Part shown: in pieces, positions 1-19,951 of the stretch
Numbering within the stretch: the first letter of the stretch is position 1
Layout of the letters: each line of letters begins with the position of its first letter
Source of the DNA: Prorocentrum cordatum
Taxonomy: Eukaryota
Length of the DNA stretch: 55,055 nt
Assembly: GCA_963575745.1 (NCBI GenBank)
Contig: CAUYUJ010000187.1
Coordinates: 62,001-117,055 of the forward strand
Direction: 5' to 3'
Made by a program: the position numbers and the translations under genes
The notes under the pieces: model-generated
What the model saw: only the letters and a program-made list of their open reading frames with translations
Database searches by the model: none
What the model was told of the DNA's origin: nothing

Positions 1-225
1 ACGACGTGCCTGCGACCTGGTGGACCTCCCAGCCGAAAGTGACGTCGAGCTCGGGGTGGATCACCTACTCAGCGCGTCGAGTCGCTGAGCGGAGATAAGA
101 GTTAATGGTGATGCAAGTCCGCATGGGCTTGTTCTACGTGTCCACTGGTTCGGGAATGAGAAACAACAAGCCTTATGTACGAGGGGGGCTGTCTGCGTGA
201 GAGTATCGTTTATTGCAGAATATAG
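1..225 (+). pseudogene. 3' end of an upstream copy of the non-LTR retrotransposon found at ~533-3653
   Basis: Bases 1-38 match 3616-3653 at 35/38 positions. Frame 3 reads DVPATWWTSQPKVTSSSGWITYSA..., versus GVPVTLWTSQPK at the end of the downstream copy. In-frame stop at 97-99 region. Confidence 0.75.
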
Positions 226-532
226 TTGTGCTAAATCATGCCTGTCAGAAGAAGACTTGATCTTGATCTGACTGGGAGTGTCAGAGCTGCTCATGAATTT
301 CCACATCTTGATCTTTATTGATATTCCGATGTCTTGGTAAGATGCAGTTATGATTATCTGTGTTATTTGACGTATATCCAGGTTCAAACTCAAGTTCGGT
401 TGTTCCTGAAGTGCACGCGCGGCGCCGGCTTCGGCGTCAGCGTCAGCGTCCAGTCCCTCGTGCTGAAGGCGCCCCAGCCCCCGCGACCCGCTCCGGGGGT
501 GGGGGGGCGCCGGTGGTGAGCGGCCAGGTGAA

Positions 533-3500
533 GATGGCCACTATCAACGTGGCGGTCCTGAACGCCGCCAGGCTGGAGGAGCTGCTCACGCACGACGAAG
601 TGAAGGAGGTGGACTTCCTGGCCCTGCAGGAGGTGCGCCTGCATGCGGAGCGCCCGCGGTGGGTGTCAGCAGCAGCGCAGAGACTGGGATGGCGATGTGC
701 CGTCAGTGTCCCGCCTGGCAAGAATGCGAAGTCAGTTACGATGCAAGGGGGTGCGGCTCTGTTTTGGTGACCCCGAGTTGGTGGATTTTAAGTATTCCGA
801 TCTGCGAGCCACAGATACATGGGTGTGCGAGGAGCTTTTGGCACGGTCGTATCAGCATCAGGGCCTGCCTCGGTTGCGAGCACGGAGTGGATGGATGCAG
901 TTTTTGACGTGATTAAAGTTTTTGCTGCTCGAACGCCCTCGGTTGTACTGGGAGATCTCAACTGGAGGCAGTCTTGCCAGCAGTGTGTGCCCATTGGTGC
1001 GACTGTATGCGAGATGACAGCTGCGACGACACCGGCGGGAACAACTTCTACCAGGATCAGTGCGTCGGGAGTGGCTGTTCAGCATATGTCAACGTATTTT
1101 GTGCAGGGTATCCCGTACCATGGCTTGGTTTTGCGTACCACTTCTTGGAGTGCGATGACGGGGCCCACGACGAGACTCAAGCGTACATCGATCTTCGAGC
1201 TGGACCAGGGCACGATGGTGCTCCCGCAGGATATTGATGCAATACATATGGACGTGGACAAAGTACTACCTATGCTGGTCACGGCTCATACTATGACGCA
1301 GCGCTGAGAGCGCTGGCATGCACGGGCCAACCGTGTGATGGAACTGGGGGTTGAGGCTGGCCTTCTCTTGCGGAGTGGGAGGGCTGAGCGACCCAAGGGG
1401 TCACGCCCTGCTGAGAGGCCAGTAGCATCTACCCCAGAGCGACGGCCGAACGGACCCATCATCCTGGCGAGGTTGAAGAAGTTGGCCCGAAGTATTACCG
1501 AACAGCTGAAGCGCAGCCCACCGACAGCTCGACTGGATGGGCACCAGCTTGACGTTTTCATCGATTTCTGTTTAGGGCATGTTATTGACGACTGGTGCGC
1601 AGGATTGCCGAGTCTTAGCCGAGCCCACGATCGAGTACCCGACGCAATTGCTAAGCTGGAGCGCCGCCTGCGCGCGGAGGAAAGTTCATCATGGAAGCAG
1701 ATGTATGCCGAAGAAGCTCTCGATTCGGAGTGGTGGGGGGCAGCGAGTTCGGTCATGCGCGACCCGACGGAGTGCCCCGCCTTCACGGCCAACGACATGA
1801 CAGAGAAGTGGCGCAATATTTGGCGCCCAGAGAATTTCGACGGCACGCCGTGTGCGGCATCGTGGTTGTCTCATGCTCAGCGTATGCGCCGACCATTTCC
1901 CCAGAGTCGGGCCCGTGGCGGGCGGGTGCCGAGCTGGAAGCAGCTTCTACGGGCCATTGCTCGTGGGAAGGGAGGTGCTGGCTACGACGGGTGGACCGCC
2001 CGCGAGCTGAAGATGATGTCCTCGACGTTTGTGTTCGTGGTGCAGGACCTGTACGACCTCTGGCTGGATGCGACCAAGTAGCTCGGAGCCAACGGCATGT
2101 CTCAGACCGTGGCGGTATCGGAACGGCCAGAGGACATCGTGCACCTGCGCCAGTTAGTTTTGCTTGGAGAGTGGTTGGTGCTCCGAAGAAGTGTGGGGCG
2201 TCGCGGCCGAGTGGCGTGGCGAGTGTGCTTTTGAGAAGCTGGTTGATAGCGTTTGAAGAAGCTTTTCCCGCCCCGCAGGCAGCCCAGTTTGCCTGCAAGG
2301 TGGAGGCCTCAGTGTGCCATGCTGCGTGCAGTTGGCTGAAGGCGTGTGTGACCGCGCAGGCGGGCATCGAGCGTGACCTCAGCGAGTGCTACGATCAGGT
2401 GCCCCACGAAGTGGGGATTGCCTCGCTCCGTGCCGCGGCGGTGCCATCGGACATGGGGGCGGTGTCTTTCGCGGCGTGGTCGGGGTCACGACGTTGCCAA
2501 GTGGCTGGGGCGCTCTCGCAAGAGGTGGTCTGGCCGTCCCGAAGCCCAGCACAGGGAGGTTCCTGCGCGCCCAATGTCCTCTGCTCGGCGCTGGCGCCCT
2601 GGGAGGTCGAGGGCGAGCAGTTCCTGTTCACGGACGACCGCTCGCTGGTGTGCCAGAGTGACCAGCAGCTCATCGACGACATCGCCACGACCGACCGCTT
2701 CGACGCCGAGACGGGGGCCGTGGAGAACCGAAGCAAGCGCCGGGAGTGGCGCCGTGGCGAGTTTCGCCGCATCGAGCACATCGGGGTCGAGGCTGTGCCA
2801 GACGATCCCACGGCCCCTGTCACTTCAGCGGGTGGATGGAAGAATGTGTACAAAGCCATCGCTGCACTACGACAGTTACCTGGAAGTTCACGGGCACGGC
2901 TACGAGCTGCTGGTGCATCTGTTTTACCGTGGTGGCTTTGGTGCTGCCCAGTATTTACGCTCCCGCCCGCGGATGTGGCGGCGAAGCTCATGCGTTCGAT
3001 ATTGCGGACGACGTGTCTCTGGTGGTTCCGCGGACGCTTTTGGTCCTTGCATATTCGATATCACCCAGTATTTTCTAATGCTATTACGGCAGTGTGCCGT
3101 TTGACTGGCTGAGGGTTGGACTACAACCCCTGGGTTGAGCACGCCCTACAGGCCTTCCTCGAGACGATGGGTTTAGTCTTCGTGCAGTACGATGTGGAGA
3201 AGGGAGTCAGATTCCAGGGAGTCGGACCCGAGGATGAAGCGTATTTCCCAACAAGGCTTCTGGAGTTCTGAGGGTGAGCGAGTATCTCATGTTCTGCGAG
3301 CTGTTTGGCGCTTGCGTGCATTGGCGGCGGCGACCCCAGCTCGACGTGATTTCCCTGGCATGAGTGACGTGGATGTGAAGGCCCTGACGGGCAAAGCGTG
3401 GAAGAAGTTCAGAGACGCCCTCTCGCCGTTTGAATGGCAGAAGGTTGTGATCTATATGCGTGGAGCGGCCAGCTCCCGCGCGCGCGGGGGGAGTCACGAC

Positions 3501-3653
3501 TTCGACTGTGACCCGTGCTGCCCGTGCTGTGGTGAAGCCTACTGGCCATCGGTCCGTCACTGTGTGGCGAAGGGCGCCGCCTTCGCGGATTTCACAGGCC
3601 AGCTCGCCGACTTCTACGGCGTGCCTGTGACCTTGTGGACCTCCCAGCCGAAA
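533..3653 (+). mobile_element. Degenerate non-LTR retrotransposon (APE/EEP endonuclease + reverse transcriptase + C-terminal Cys/His knuckle), 3'-truncated
   Basis: EEP motifs ATINV, DFLALQEVR, GGAALFW and VVLGDLN (533-965). Pre-RT motif GAGYDGWTARELK (~1975). RT motifs RPSGVASVLLRSW, DLSECYDQV, AQGGSCAP and FTDD (2200-2640). CPCCG...HC (~3515-3565). Broken by stops (768-770, 1305-1307, 2079-2081) and frameshifts. Confidence 0.9.
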
Positions 3654-4643
3654 TTGCCCAGAACGCGCACGCTTGAGTGAGTTGCTGACGGGGTTGCGTT
3701 TGCTGGGGGCGTCCATGGGATGTTTTGACATTTGCTTGTTTCCGAAAACGATCGAGCGTCGGGGCGTGATGTCCTGATCAAGTAGTTCATGGTCCGGTAT
3801 GTGACGGGGCGACCCGCTGTCCCATCGTGCGATGATGAGTTTCAGCCTGCTCGGATGAGCCTTGCCATGGTGGCGCCATTCGCGGATCGGGACTGGTTGT
3901 CGCGGCTGATCCGTTCTATGGAGGCAGCAGTTCTGTGTGTGTGGTTATTGGGGTCCTCCGAGTCCTATGTCGTAATGTCAGTGCTTATAGCTAATTTAAC
4001 TCCCCGATCCAGTCTTGCGTTTTCGTTTATCTTGGGGTTGCGGCTGATGACCTCCCACGTTATCGTGCCTGCCCGGTGCCGAGGCCGATGGTGCTGAACG
4101 CTTGCTTTTCTGGGACTATTTTTTCGTCGCTCGGGATGCCGCAGGCCTGGACGGAGCGGGCGGAAGGAGATGACCAGCTACAGTCAACGCGCATAGTAAG
4201 GACGCGCGCCTTTTCTAGGGTACCCTCATGTCCTTGCCTTGGTGGCCCGTCCATTGCCGTTTCCACTGGCCAGCCTCTGAGGCCGCCGCCCAACAAATCC
4301 CAAACCTCGGTCTCCAAGGCTCTTGCGTCCTTACCACCCGTCCCTACTACACGTTTCACTGTAATGTGCCTGCTTTGCCTGGGGCCGCGCCGGGGAGGGT
4401 CTGGTGACCCGGTGGGTGTGCACTGCCGGGGTGCCTCCCGGCGGCCTCCTCGCGCGCTCCTCGCTCTCGGCTCTGCGCGTGGCCGTGCTGCACCTGGGCG
4501 TGGCCAGGCCGCGCCCGCCGGCCCGTCTGGGCGCCCCTGGGCCCCGGGAGCCTCTGCGATTGCTGTTGGCCAGCGGGCGCGCCCCCCTCGGCTGCTCTTC
4601 CTTCGGGGGCGGAAAAGAGGGGGGTGATGATTAGGGGGGGGTG

Positions 4644-4669
4644 GATATCATGGCGTGGGCCATGATATC
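4644..4669. other. Perfect 11-bp hairpin
   Basis: gatatcatggc-gtgg-gccatgatatc; extendable by G-T pairs into flanking gggtg/tgccc. Confidence 0.7.
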
Positions 4670-5844
4670 TGCCCAGGTTTCGTGGTGCCTCTTCTCATTT
4701 TATTACGTCCCTGGCCCTCCCGCTGGGCCGCGCACGTGCCGCCGGTCATGATTTGAACCCCCCACTCTTGGACACCCCCCTCTTGGCCGCTCCCGATTCC
4801 CGCTCCGCCTCCTGCTGTGCCCCAGTAGATTGTTTCAGTTTCGGCCCACAGTTCCGCTGTGCCCCTCCCCCCAATGGCTCCTGTACCGCCCTCTCTGCAT
4901 ATGCAGTCTGCGTGGCTCTTGCGGGGTTCCCCATCGTGCGTCGCGCGCTGCTCCGGAAGTGGTTGGGCTCTTCTCCAGCAGATGCTTGCTTTTGTGCTTC
5001 TTGCTGTCCCGCTCTGGATGACTCAGGGTCGTCCGGCCCGTTTCTCCCTGCCCCGGTGAGCCCACAATGGAAACCCATGCCAAGAAACACCCTGATTCCC
5101 TCGAGGGCTCGAGGGTGCACTAGGTTTCTTGGGCCTCGATGGTTTTGCTGTGGAAAGCGTGACGCCCCCGCGCCAAAATCCAAGGGACGTCCTGGGGTCT
5201 CAGAGTTGGGTTTCTGTTGGGGGCTTTCTTGCGGTCGCGACTATACTGTAGCGAGTCTATCCCAGATTGTCCAGTTCGAGTAGCAAAGCCATCCTGGGCG
5301 CTTCCCGCCCGTCTGCTCATGTGGCATGCGTGCTGTTCCCAGTGTTGGTCGCGAGGGTTCTGCATGACTCTCCAGAACTCTTCTCGCATACTGCTTTAGC
5401 TGTCGCGGGAGTTCGCGGCGAGAGATGTTTCCTGGAGCTTCTCCAGGTGCGCGGGGCGTTGTTCCAGCCCCATTGCCCTGGCGCCCTCATTGCATGGGTG
5501 CCGTGCCATCGCTTCGTCGGATGCCAGACAGCGTCCGAGCGCGACCATCTTGGTGGTCACTGCATCAGGGACGCAAATCCCGCGCAGAGCAACACGCACC
5601 ACGACTACGACGACGCCGATAACGACGACGGAGGCGACGGAGACGAGGCGCGACGATCCGCACCAGAGCACGGATTAGGGAGAGGGCCCAGCCTGCAGGT
5701 TCCGTCAACCGGCGCTCCGTTGAGCGGAGCTGCAGTCTCCCCCGAGCACAGGGACCGCCCAGAGTGACGCCCTGGCCGCCCCACTCGAGGAGCATCCCAG
5801 GCGCCCGTTTTCGTCCGCTTCGCGCCTGCCCTTTGTCGGGTCCC

Positions 5845-6550
<706 letters not shown>

Positions 6551-7453
6551 GGGTCCATCCGGAGATCTTGCAGCGACCGGGGCTTGGGGGAGGGGCGACG
6601 CCTTGCTGGGGGCGCAGACGAGCGGCAAGGTCTGAGAGCAGATTCTCCTTCAGACCCCGTGAGGTCGCACTGCGACTCCTGAGGGTTTCAAGGATGGTTC
6701 TGCCCGTTGCGGGCAACCTTCCATTCCGAACACCGCCCGCTGCCTTCGTGAGGTGCCTCGGCGTACGTAGGGTGATGCCTTCCAGGGCGCCCGGGTGTGC
6801 CGCAGCCTGCAGTTCGGCTCCGGCGGGACCGAAGAGACGCCCACCAGGTGGTCCTTCCTGCTTTGGTAGTGCACCCTGGCCCTCCTCCTCCTCCTCCCTC
6901 CTCCTCCTCCTCCTCCTCCTCCTCCTCCTCCCTCTCTCGCGCCTCCGCTGCCGCCGTGCAGCCCTGACCACGGTCGAGGCGCCCGCCCCGCGCCGGCGCC
7001 CCCCGCGGGCTCGGGGTGGGCCACTGGCCCCCGCCGCAGGTTCCCGGCGGTGGCTCTGCGGTCTTCGTTTCTCCAGGAGGGTGCTGCGTGCAGCGTGCGG
7101 GGCCTCGGGCCCCTTGCCGCTGATCCGCTGTGCTGTTGCTGCTGCCTCCGTCCCCCGCGGTGTCTCCTTGCTGCTGCCTCCGCTGTGCCCTTGCCGGTCG
7201 CTACCTGCGACTCTACGGTGGTTCTTGGGCTGGATGCCCAGAGCTGCGTCTGTGCGGGTTTCCGATTCGGTGGGGTACTATGCGAATGATAGCGTTTGCG
7301 CGCCCTCTTCTGTTTTTTTACGCACGGCTCCGTACCAGGGTGAGACGATGCATGCGGACAGGGCACCCGTCCGCCCGCCCTGCTGCTGACGCCTCCCTTG
7401 CTTCTCTCGTGAACCTGCGCGGCCTGTCTCGCCTAGTTGGCCAATGGTCATGG

Positions 7454-7562
7454 ACATATATATATATATCGATATCTTTAGATATCTACACATAAGTTTA
7501 CATATGTATATGTACATGCATGTATGTATGTATGTATGTATGTATGTATGTATGTATGTATG

Positions 7563-7596
<34 letters not shown>

Positions 7597-8500
7597 TGTA
7601 TGTATGTGCATATATATATATATATATGTATGTATGCATGCATGCATGCATGTATGTATGTAGGTATGCATATATGTATTTATGTATGCGTATATGTATG
7701 TATTCATGCATATATATATATATATATGTATACATGTGTGCATGTATGTATGTATGTGTGTATATATGCATGCATGCATGCATGCATGTGGGTCGGCCTA
7801 TAGGTACGTGCATAGGTTTACATATATATATATATATATATTCGTATGCATGTATGTATTTATGCATGTATGTATTGTATGTCTGTATTCGTCTTTGTTT
7901 GTTTCTATGCATGTATATATACACATGCATGCATGTGCGTATGCATGAAATGCTTGCACGTATATGTGTATGCATGCATGCGTGCATTCATGCATGCATG
8001 TACATTTGTATGTGTGCATGTATGTATGTATGTATTCATATATGTTTGTAGCTGTGTGTATGTATGTACATACATATATACATGTCTGTATACATGCATG
8101 TATGCATGCATGCACGCACACGTGCACGCATGTATGCATCTATGCATGCATGCATGTATGCATGTATGCATGTATGCATGCATGTATGTATATATGTATG
8201 TATATGTGTATGTATACAGACATACATGCATACATGTATATATATATATGTATATGTAGATGTATAGGTGTATGTATACGTGTATATGTATATGTACATG
8301 TATATGTATATGTATATATGTATATGTGTATATACATATGTATATGTATATGTGTATGCATGTATGTAGGTAGGTAGGTAGGTCTGTCGGTATGTAGATA
8401 CGTATGTATGTATGTATGCATGCATGCATGTATGCATGTATGTATGTATGTATGTATGCATGCATGCATGCATGCATGCATGTATGTATGTATGTATGTA
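7454..8500. repeat. Compound (TATG)n/(CATG)n/(TA)n microsatellite tract
   Basis: About 1 kb of alternating purine-pyrimidine tetramers, seen directly. Confidence 0.97.
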
Positions 8501-9366
8501 CGTTCACTTCCTCATCCGCTTACTCTCCCGTCATGCCTCCCCTCTCGAGGTCCACCTCTCCCTGCCCACTTAGGTTTTCCTTTTTGGATGGTGCGGGGAC
8601 TTCGGCGACCTAGCTGGAATATGTGGCGGGGCTTGAGAATTGCCCTCTTCTCGGCTCTCGTTCGTCTACTTCATGGTTTTATGCAGCCCTGTGCAGTTCG
8701 GTTCAATCGGGCCACGTAAGGAACTCTTTGTCTCTTTCATTACACCCAGTCTTCCTCATGTGCCCCCCCATATGTGTATGGAGTGGACGGTTCCATAACA
8801 TGACCCGACATTCGAGATACTGTTTTTTTTGATAAGGTGGTTTTGTAGATACTCCTGGACATCCACCTGGAGGACGTATACTTTCGTCTAATGCTTTGCT
8901 GCTACCCGCTACCTCTCCTCCTCTCCCTCTTCCCACCACAAGACAGCTCGGAACATATGAAGGTATTCAGACAGGTCCTCGCCTTCGAATTATCGATCGC
9001 CCCCTCGCTTTCGGCGGAAGTCGGCGGAGGACCAGCGGAATTCGGCGGATGCTTGCCTTGCGCTCCTTTTCCTTCGTGCCACCTCATTTCCCACCGCTCG
9101 TGCGACCATACCATTTTTTGTTGCTACTCGTCTTTTCGCCGCCCTTGTCGTCGGATTCCCCCCCGGGGGTTCTGCTTTTTTGACCGCTGCCGCCCGTGCT
9201 GCCCCCCCCCCGGGCGCTGCAGGACCTCCTGGAGGAGGAGAAGGGGCCAGGCTCGGCCTCTTCCCCGCGTGTGGGGGGATAGGCCGAGGATGGCGATCAC
9301 GATTGGGAGGGCGATCAGAGGGACTCCTCCACCTCCTCCTCCTCCTCCTCCGCCGATCCTCCTCCT

Positions 9367-9400
<34 letters not shown>

Positions 9401-10824
9401 CTCCTCCTCCTCCCCCAATTCTCCTCGTCCTCCTCCTCCGACTGGGCGCGAGTGTTGGGATTTGTCGTCTAGGTGAAGTGAGAGCGTCGCTTGTAGGGGG
9501 CGTTTCAAGCGGCATTTGGGCAGTATTTCGGACCCTCCGTTGGGTACCAGATGGTAGTTCCCGCGTTCTGACACGGATCATGATTGGGAGGGTGATGGTA
9601 GGAACTCGTCGGTGGACCAAGATGAGGGTCAGGATGCGGAGGGGGCCTAGGTCATATATCCTCCTTGTGGTTAGGAAGGGCATCAGGGGGAGGGGGACGA
9701 GGACGGGGACATGATCGAACAATACAGGACGAGGAGCAGAAGAAGGAGGGAGCGGAGGAGGATGAGGACAACGATCGTGAGAATGGTTGGGAGGAGAACG
9801 AGGGCGGGGACGAGGAGTACTATTGTGAGGATGATGGCTGCACCGGTGGAGGGGAGCAGGAAAGGACGAGGCGGAGGAGGACCCTCGGTCCTCGGTAGAT
9901 GTTCTGTGATACAGTACAGATCCTGGTCCATGCACTTCATGTACCTCCTGACCACAACGGCCGCTCGCTTACATAACCAAGGGACACATCTTAAGGGGGG
10001 TGCGATTTCACGATGAAGAGCGAGGACCCTGAAGGCGACGAGCGGGAACACGGCTTGCTGCAAAGACGGAATCGAACGAGTAATCGTGGAGTTCTGTTTA
10101 TAATCAGTTTCAGTGCTTCTCGCCTGGATGCTAACATCGTTGTGGTAGCGCGCTACATGGACCGTGGGGCACAGCCGGGAGAGCAAATCGGTTATTGCCC
10201 GAACTCCCCGTTACCATCGCCGAGAACTTTCTGACAGACTGGGCATTAGCCGTTCCCTTGAAGAAAACACCAGTACGCTCTGAGGTATGTATCGGCATGG
10301 ACCGCTTCAAACACTGGGGTGGTAAAAACCGTGCTTGGGCGCGTCGTCCAGCATAAAGTACACGCATGCATGCTCAAATTCTAGATTACGATCCACCGTG
10401 TCTGGCGTCTCGCCAAGGGAGCTCCCTTCGTCAACTGACATCTGCTGTCGTATGGCTTCTTCGGAGCTGCTTTCGAGAGCAGCGAAATCGTGATCCCGTC
10501 GAAATGTTCGCTCCCAATCGAACAGGTGTGAAGCCTGAGCTCGCACAGCCAGCCTCGCGCTGGTGGTGAGGCACTTGATTATCTGAGTGACATGCTTGAG
10601 ATAAGCAAGCAACACATAGAAAAAGTGTCGCAACTGAGGCAGCCATCTCGAGGTGCGCGAGACGAAGGGCACAGCATGTGCAACATGCCGCCATCCTCAC
10701 CATTCCAGCACGGCCAGCCAGCGTGGGTGCCAGTAGTCTACCCCCGCTCCCTTGTGTTCGGACGAGACTCGGCAACTCTTTCGGATCTCGGCGGGGGTAG
10801 GGTTTGGAGCAGTCTGTACCCAAC

Positions 10825-13600
10825 AGTTGCAATTGGTGGCCGCGTAGTTTTCGCACTCTGGGTGCAACGACCCGCACATTCAGCGCATGTACGATGCGAT
10901 CCACGATATTCACAGAGAGAACACCAAATCACGACCTCATATTATACTCGCTGGCGACTTCACCGCGCAGGTTGGGGCATCCCGTATATCAACAGACGGC
11001 AACGATGACGACGACCTCATCACTTCAAGGTGTGTCGGCCGCCACGGATATGGGATCGAAAGCTCGAGGGGTGCATGGTTGCGACACTGGGCTGCCCAAG
11101 AAGGGCTTGTGCTTGCCAGCACGTTTTCCTGCACACCTGTGCGTAAGCAGATCACGTACGTCAGCAGCGAGAAGCATACACATCTCGATTGCATCTTGCT
11201 CAACCGCAAGCTCTTCAAGCATTGCACGAATGCCGAGGCCAACAACGTGACCGACCTAGGATCCGACCACAAGAATGTCATCGCTGAGTTGAAGATACCA
11301 GAAGCAATGGTGACTAGACGACCTCGACGCGACGACGACCAACAGCAGCGCAGACATGCACCACCCAACGCTTCCACCGGCAAGATTATGAATGTGAACG
11401 TCTACCACGACCACCAAAGACGACGATTGAAACCAGACGAACTACCAACCGACGCACAATTCCTGGACGAGCACATCCAGCAAGTTCTCATCACCGCCGC
11501 CGCCGCTAGCAGCGCTGGAACACCACGAGCAGACAGACAACCAGACAGGAGCAGAGCGTCTACGCCATCTCATCGCACAGCGACACCAGACCCCAAACAA
11601 CCGCGCGCAGAAACGGCGGACACGACGGTCCAATATAGGAAACGTGCTCGAACAGTTCAGAGACCTCAGAAGTATCCCGCGCATCAAAACACGCAGAAAC
11701 GGAATCTCATTACACGCATGACAGACAAAGGAGGCTCAACACGCACGGCCCGACAAGAAATTGCATATGTATGTACGAACATTGATACAACACAACGGCC
11801 AAACCGACGCAACGAGAGCGACGCGGCGACGACGCAAAGAGTTGGAGAATGCCATACGAGGGCCCCGGCTTGGTCGAGCTCCAGACACGAAAGGCCAACG
11901 AGCAGAAATTCTGAAGGTGGGCACATGCGAATTGCACGCCGCAGTTCTCCATCTCTATCACACAATCATCCAGTCCGACGCTCCACCGCCATCCAGCTGG
12001 AATAACATTGTCGCCACGGTCATTCCCAAGAGTGGGGATCAAGCTCTTCCGCAAAACTATCGGCCCATATGCACAAACTCATTACTGTACAAGCTTTTCA
12101 GCAGACTTCTGTACAACAGACTCCAACCAACATTCGACTCCCGACAGACTGCAGACCAGGCGGGCTGCAGGCCTGGACACTCGATCACCGACCATTTTTT
12201 TTTCGCTTCCCACATTCTCCGTGAGAATGGAACCACCATTTGTGGATATTGGCACTAGACTTTCAAACAGCTTTTGACACAGTCGAGCACAATAGCATCT
12301 GGGCAGTACTGGGGGCGCAGGGCGTCCAAGGAGGGTCCATCCCACTACTCCAACAACCTGCGCTAAGGACAGACGGCCACGGACAAGACTGACGTCAGCA
12401 GCAGGTCCTTCAGTCGCCTCTGGGGAACAAAGCAGGGCGACCCGCTCATATCCTTCCTTTCCAACGCGTTACTACAGCATGTTCGTGCACCTCTCATCAC
12501 CGACTGGCACAAGATGGGCAAGGGAGTCCAGCTAGGATCCACCACCACCCCCGCACTCACTGGCCTCCTCTTCGCCGACGACGTGCTCCTGATCAGCCAA
12601 ACACTACCGCGCCTCACCGCGATGCTCGACGACATCGTGCGCGCAGTACAACCTCAGCAACCAGACCAGACGGACTGGCAGGGTAATCCCGTGCACCGTG
12701 CAAATTCAGGACATTCCCCTCGATGGCAGCATGAGATATCTGGGTCAACTCATCAGCTTCCACGACGCGATGGAGACTGAAATCCACAACCGCACGAGGG
12801 CAGCATGGGTAACGTTCGCATCGCACGCACAGGAGCTGACAAGCAAGCACTACCCACTGGCACACCGACTCAGGCTTTTCAATCAGTCAGTGATACCCGC
12901 AGCACTACGGAACAGAGGCGTGGACGCTCACGGAACCACTCCGGCAACACTTGCGGCGAGCAAAACGAAACATGTTCCGCATGATCATCAGGACACCAAG
13001 GCGACGCGCTACCCGCCAAATGATCCCGACGAGCAGCACCCAGGGCCACGTGGACGACCGCACGACCACCCAAGCTTTTCATCAAGAAACCAGCAGCGGC
13101 GACGACGCAGAGAGCAACACGCCCCAACGAGACGACAGACCGACACAGCGAGAGCAACGACAACAACAATGACGAGGACGCGATGCAGCTGTGGGTCGAC
13201 GACGTCCAGCGAGCCACGCGGCGCGCTGAGCAGCTCATGCAGCACCACTTCATTCTAACATTGGGAGATGATTCACAGGCAGAGGTTGTGGCGCATGACA
13301 TCCTAGGTAGCCAAGCGCGAACTCGCCAGATGGACGTGGCGAGCACTCCACTGGTAACCGGGAGAGAACTCATGCCAACGTGGCCGGACGCCACGGCGGC
13401 CAGCGCAAGCCCTGGAACCACGACCTCGTCAGTTTCTTCCAAGAGCAACGACCCGACCTGGAACCAGCGCCCACACCAACCAATAAGCAAGGCAAGCCAA
13501 ACGCCGTTACTTGGGTTCGCTCAGCTCAAGACGCCTCCACGTGGTCGACGGTCGAGCACACATGCATCATCATGTCGCCGACACGTCATAACCAGGCCTT
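10825..13600 (+). mobile_element. Degenerate, 5'-truncated non-LTR retrotransposon (RTE/L2-like EN+RT)
   Basis: EEP: LVAA*FSHSG, IILAGDFTAQVG, HLDCIL, DLGSDHKNV (10825-11290). RT: VIPKSGD...NYRPIC...LYKLFSRLLYNRL, QAGCRPG, LDFQTAFDTVEH, GTKQGDPL, LLFADDVLL, RYLGQLISF (12000-12900). C-terminal WVDDVQRATRRAE segment. Many frameshifts and stops. Confidence 0.92.
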
Positions 13601-13813
13601 CCTCCTCCTCTCCTTCTCCGTCGTAACTTTTTGTGTGTTGCGCAGAGTCCTAACTCTTGGTACGTCTCGCCATTCCTTTGCATATTTGCATGTCTACAGG
13701 AGGCCATGGCCCCACCTACCTGGTCTTAACAGGCCCGGACAGCTGTCCGATGTGGTGGTTCGTTCGTTCTTTCGTGCCCAAGAATCGCGCTGGAGGAGGG
13801 AGGGAAGGAGGAA

Positions 13814-19100
<5,287 letters not shown>

Positions 19101-19360
19101 GGAGGCAGAAGGCAGAAGGCGTTTTGTTTTGTCCCCTCTTGCTCTCCCGCGGCCGCGAGGTGGCAGAGGCGGCGGTCGAAAGCGGAGGCCAGCGAGCGCG
19201 CGCCGCACGCCGCCGTGTGTCGCTGACGGCTAAAATCCCTGCTTGTTCGAAGAGCACGGCTGAAGCACGGCATGAGCGGCCGAGAACCCTGCTGTCGCTC
19301 ACGGCTGAAGCACGACATGAGCTGACGACGACGACGACGATAACGATGACGAGGACGATT

Positions 19361-19391
<31 letters not shown>

Positions 19392-19786
19392 TCGACTCCT
19401 GGCGGTTGCTGCGGGCGGCTTGGGCGGCGGCGGCGCGGGCTGCGGCCGCGTGCCCCCCGGAGGTGTCCCCGCCGCCCACTTGATATCCCATCCCTGTGAT
19501 TGGTATCGCCTTTGCTCGGTGTCGATCTTGAGGAACCTTGCAGTTTTCTGAGGGGGGGGGCATCCCTGACATTGGCCATCGTCTCGGGCTAGCCGACCTC
19601 AGGAACAGGGATGAATTTGGGGCTGGTTATGCACAGAAGCTTTCGAAGGTCCGCGTGGATTTCTTGGATGGGCGCTGTTTTTTGTTTTTGTTTTCTGAAT
19701 TTGTGTTCTTCATCTTGTCTAGCTGCTCTTCCTCCCGAACGCATTAGGCGCAATCAACACACTGAGAGCTACCTTCTAGGTTACGG

Positions 19787-19951
19787 TACAGTGCCGTTTT
19801 TAATGCATGCTCCGCGTGTGGATCATGTATTAAAAATAAAGGGATTCAGTCTAAAAAGCAATGCTGAATTTACGCAATGATTTATTAAAAATTAAACATG
19901 TATTAAACATCCAATGTATTAAAAACCCTATGTATTAAAAACTGCCCTGTA
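19787..19951. mobile_element. Tc1/mariner-type MITE (~161 bp) with TA target duplication
   Basis: TA-cagtgccgtttttaatgcat ... atgtattaaaaactgccctg-TA. The ends match 19/22 as inverted repeats including the TA. AT-rich interior with repeated atgtattaaa. Confidence 0.75.

Noticed and set aside
7444..8507. Cys/Met/Tyr/His-rich ORFs
   Set aside because: Translations of the TATG/CATG microsatellite.
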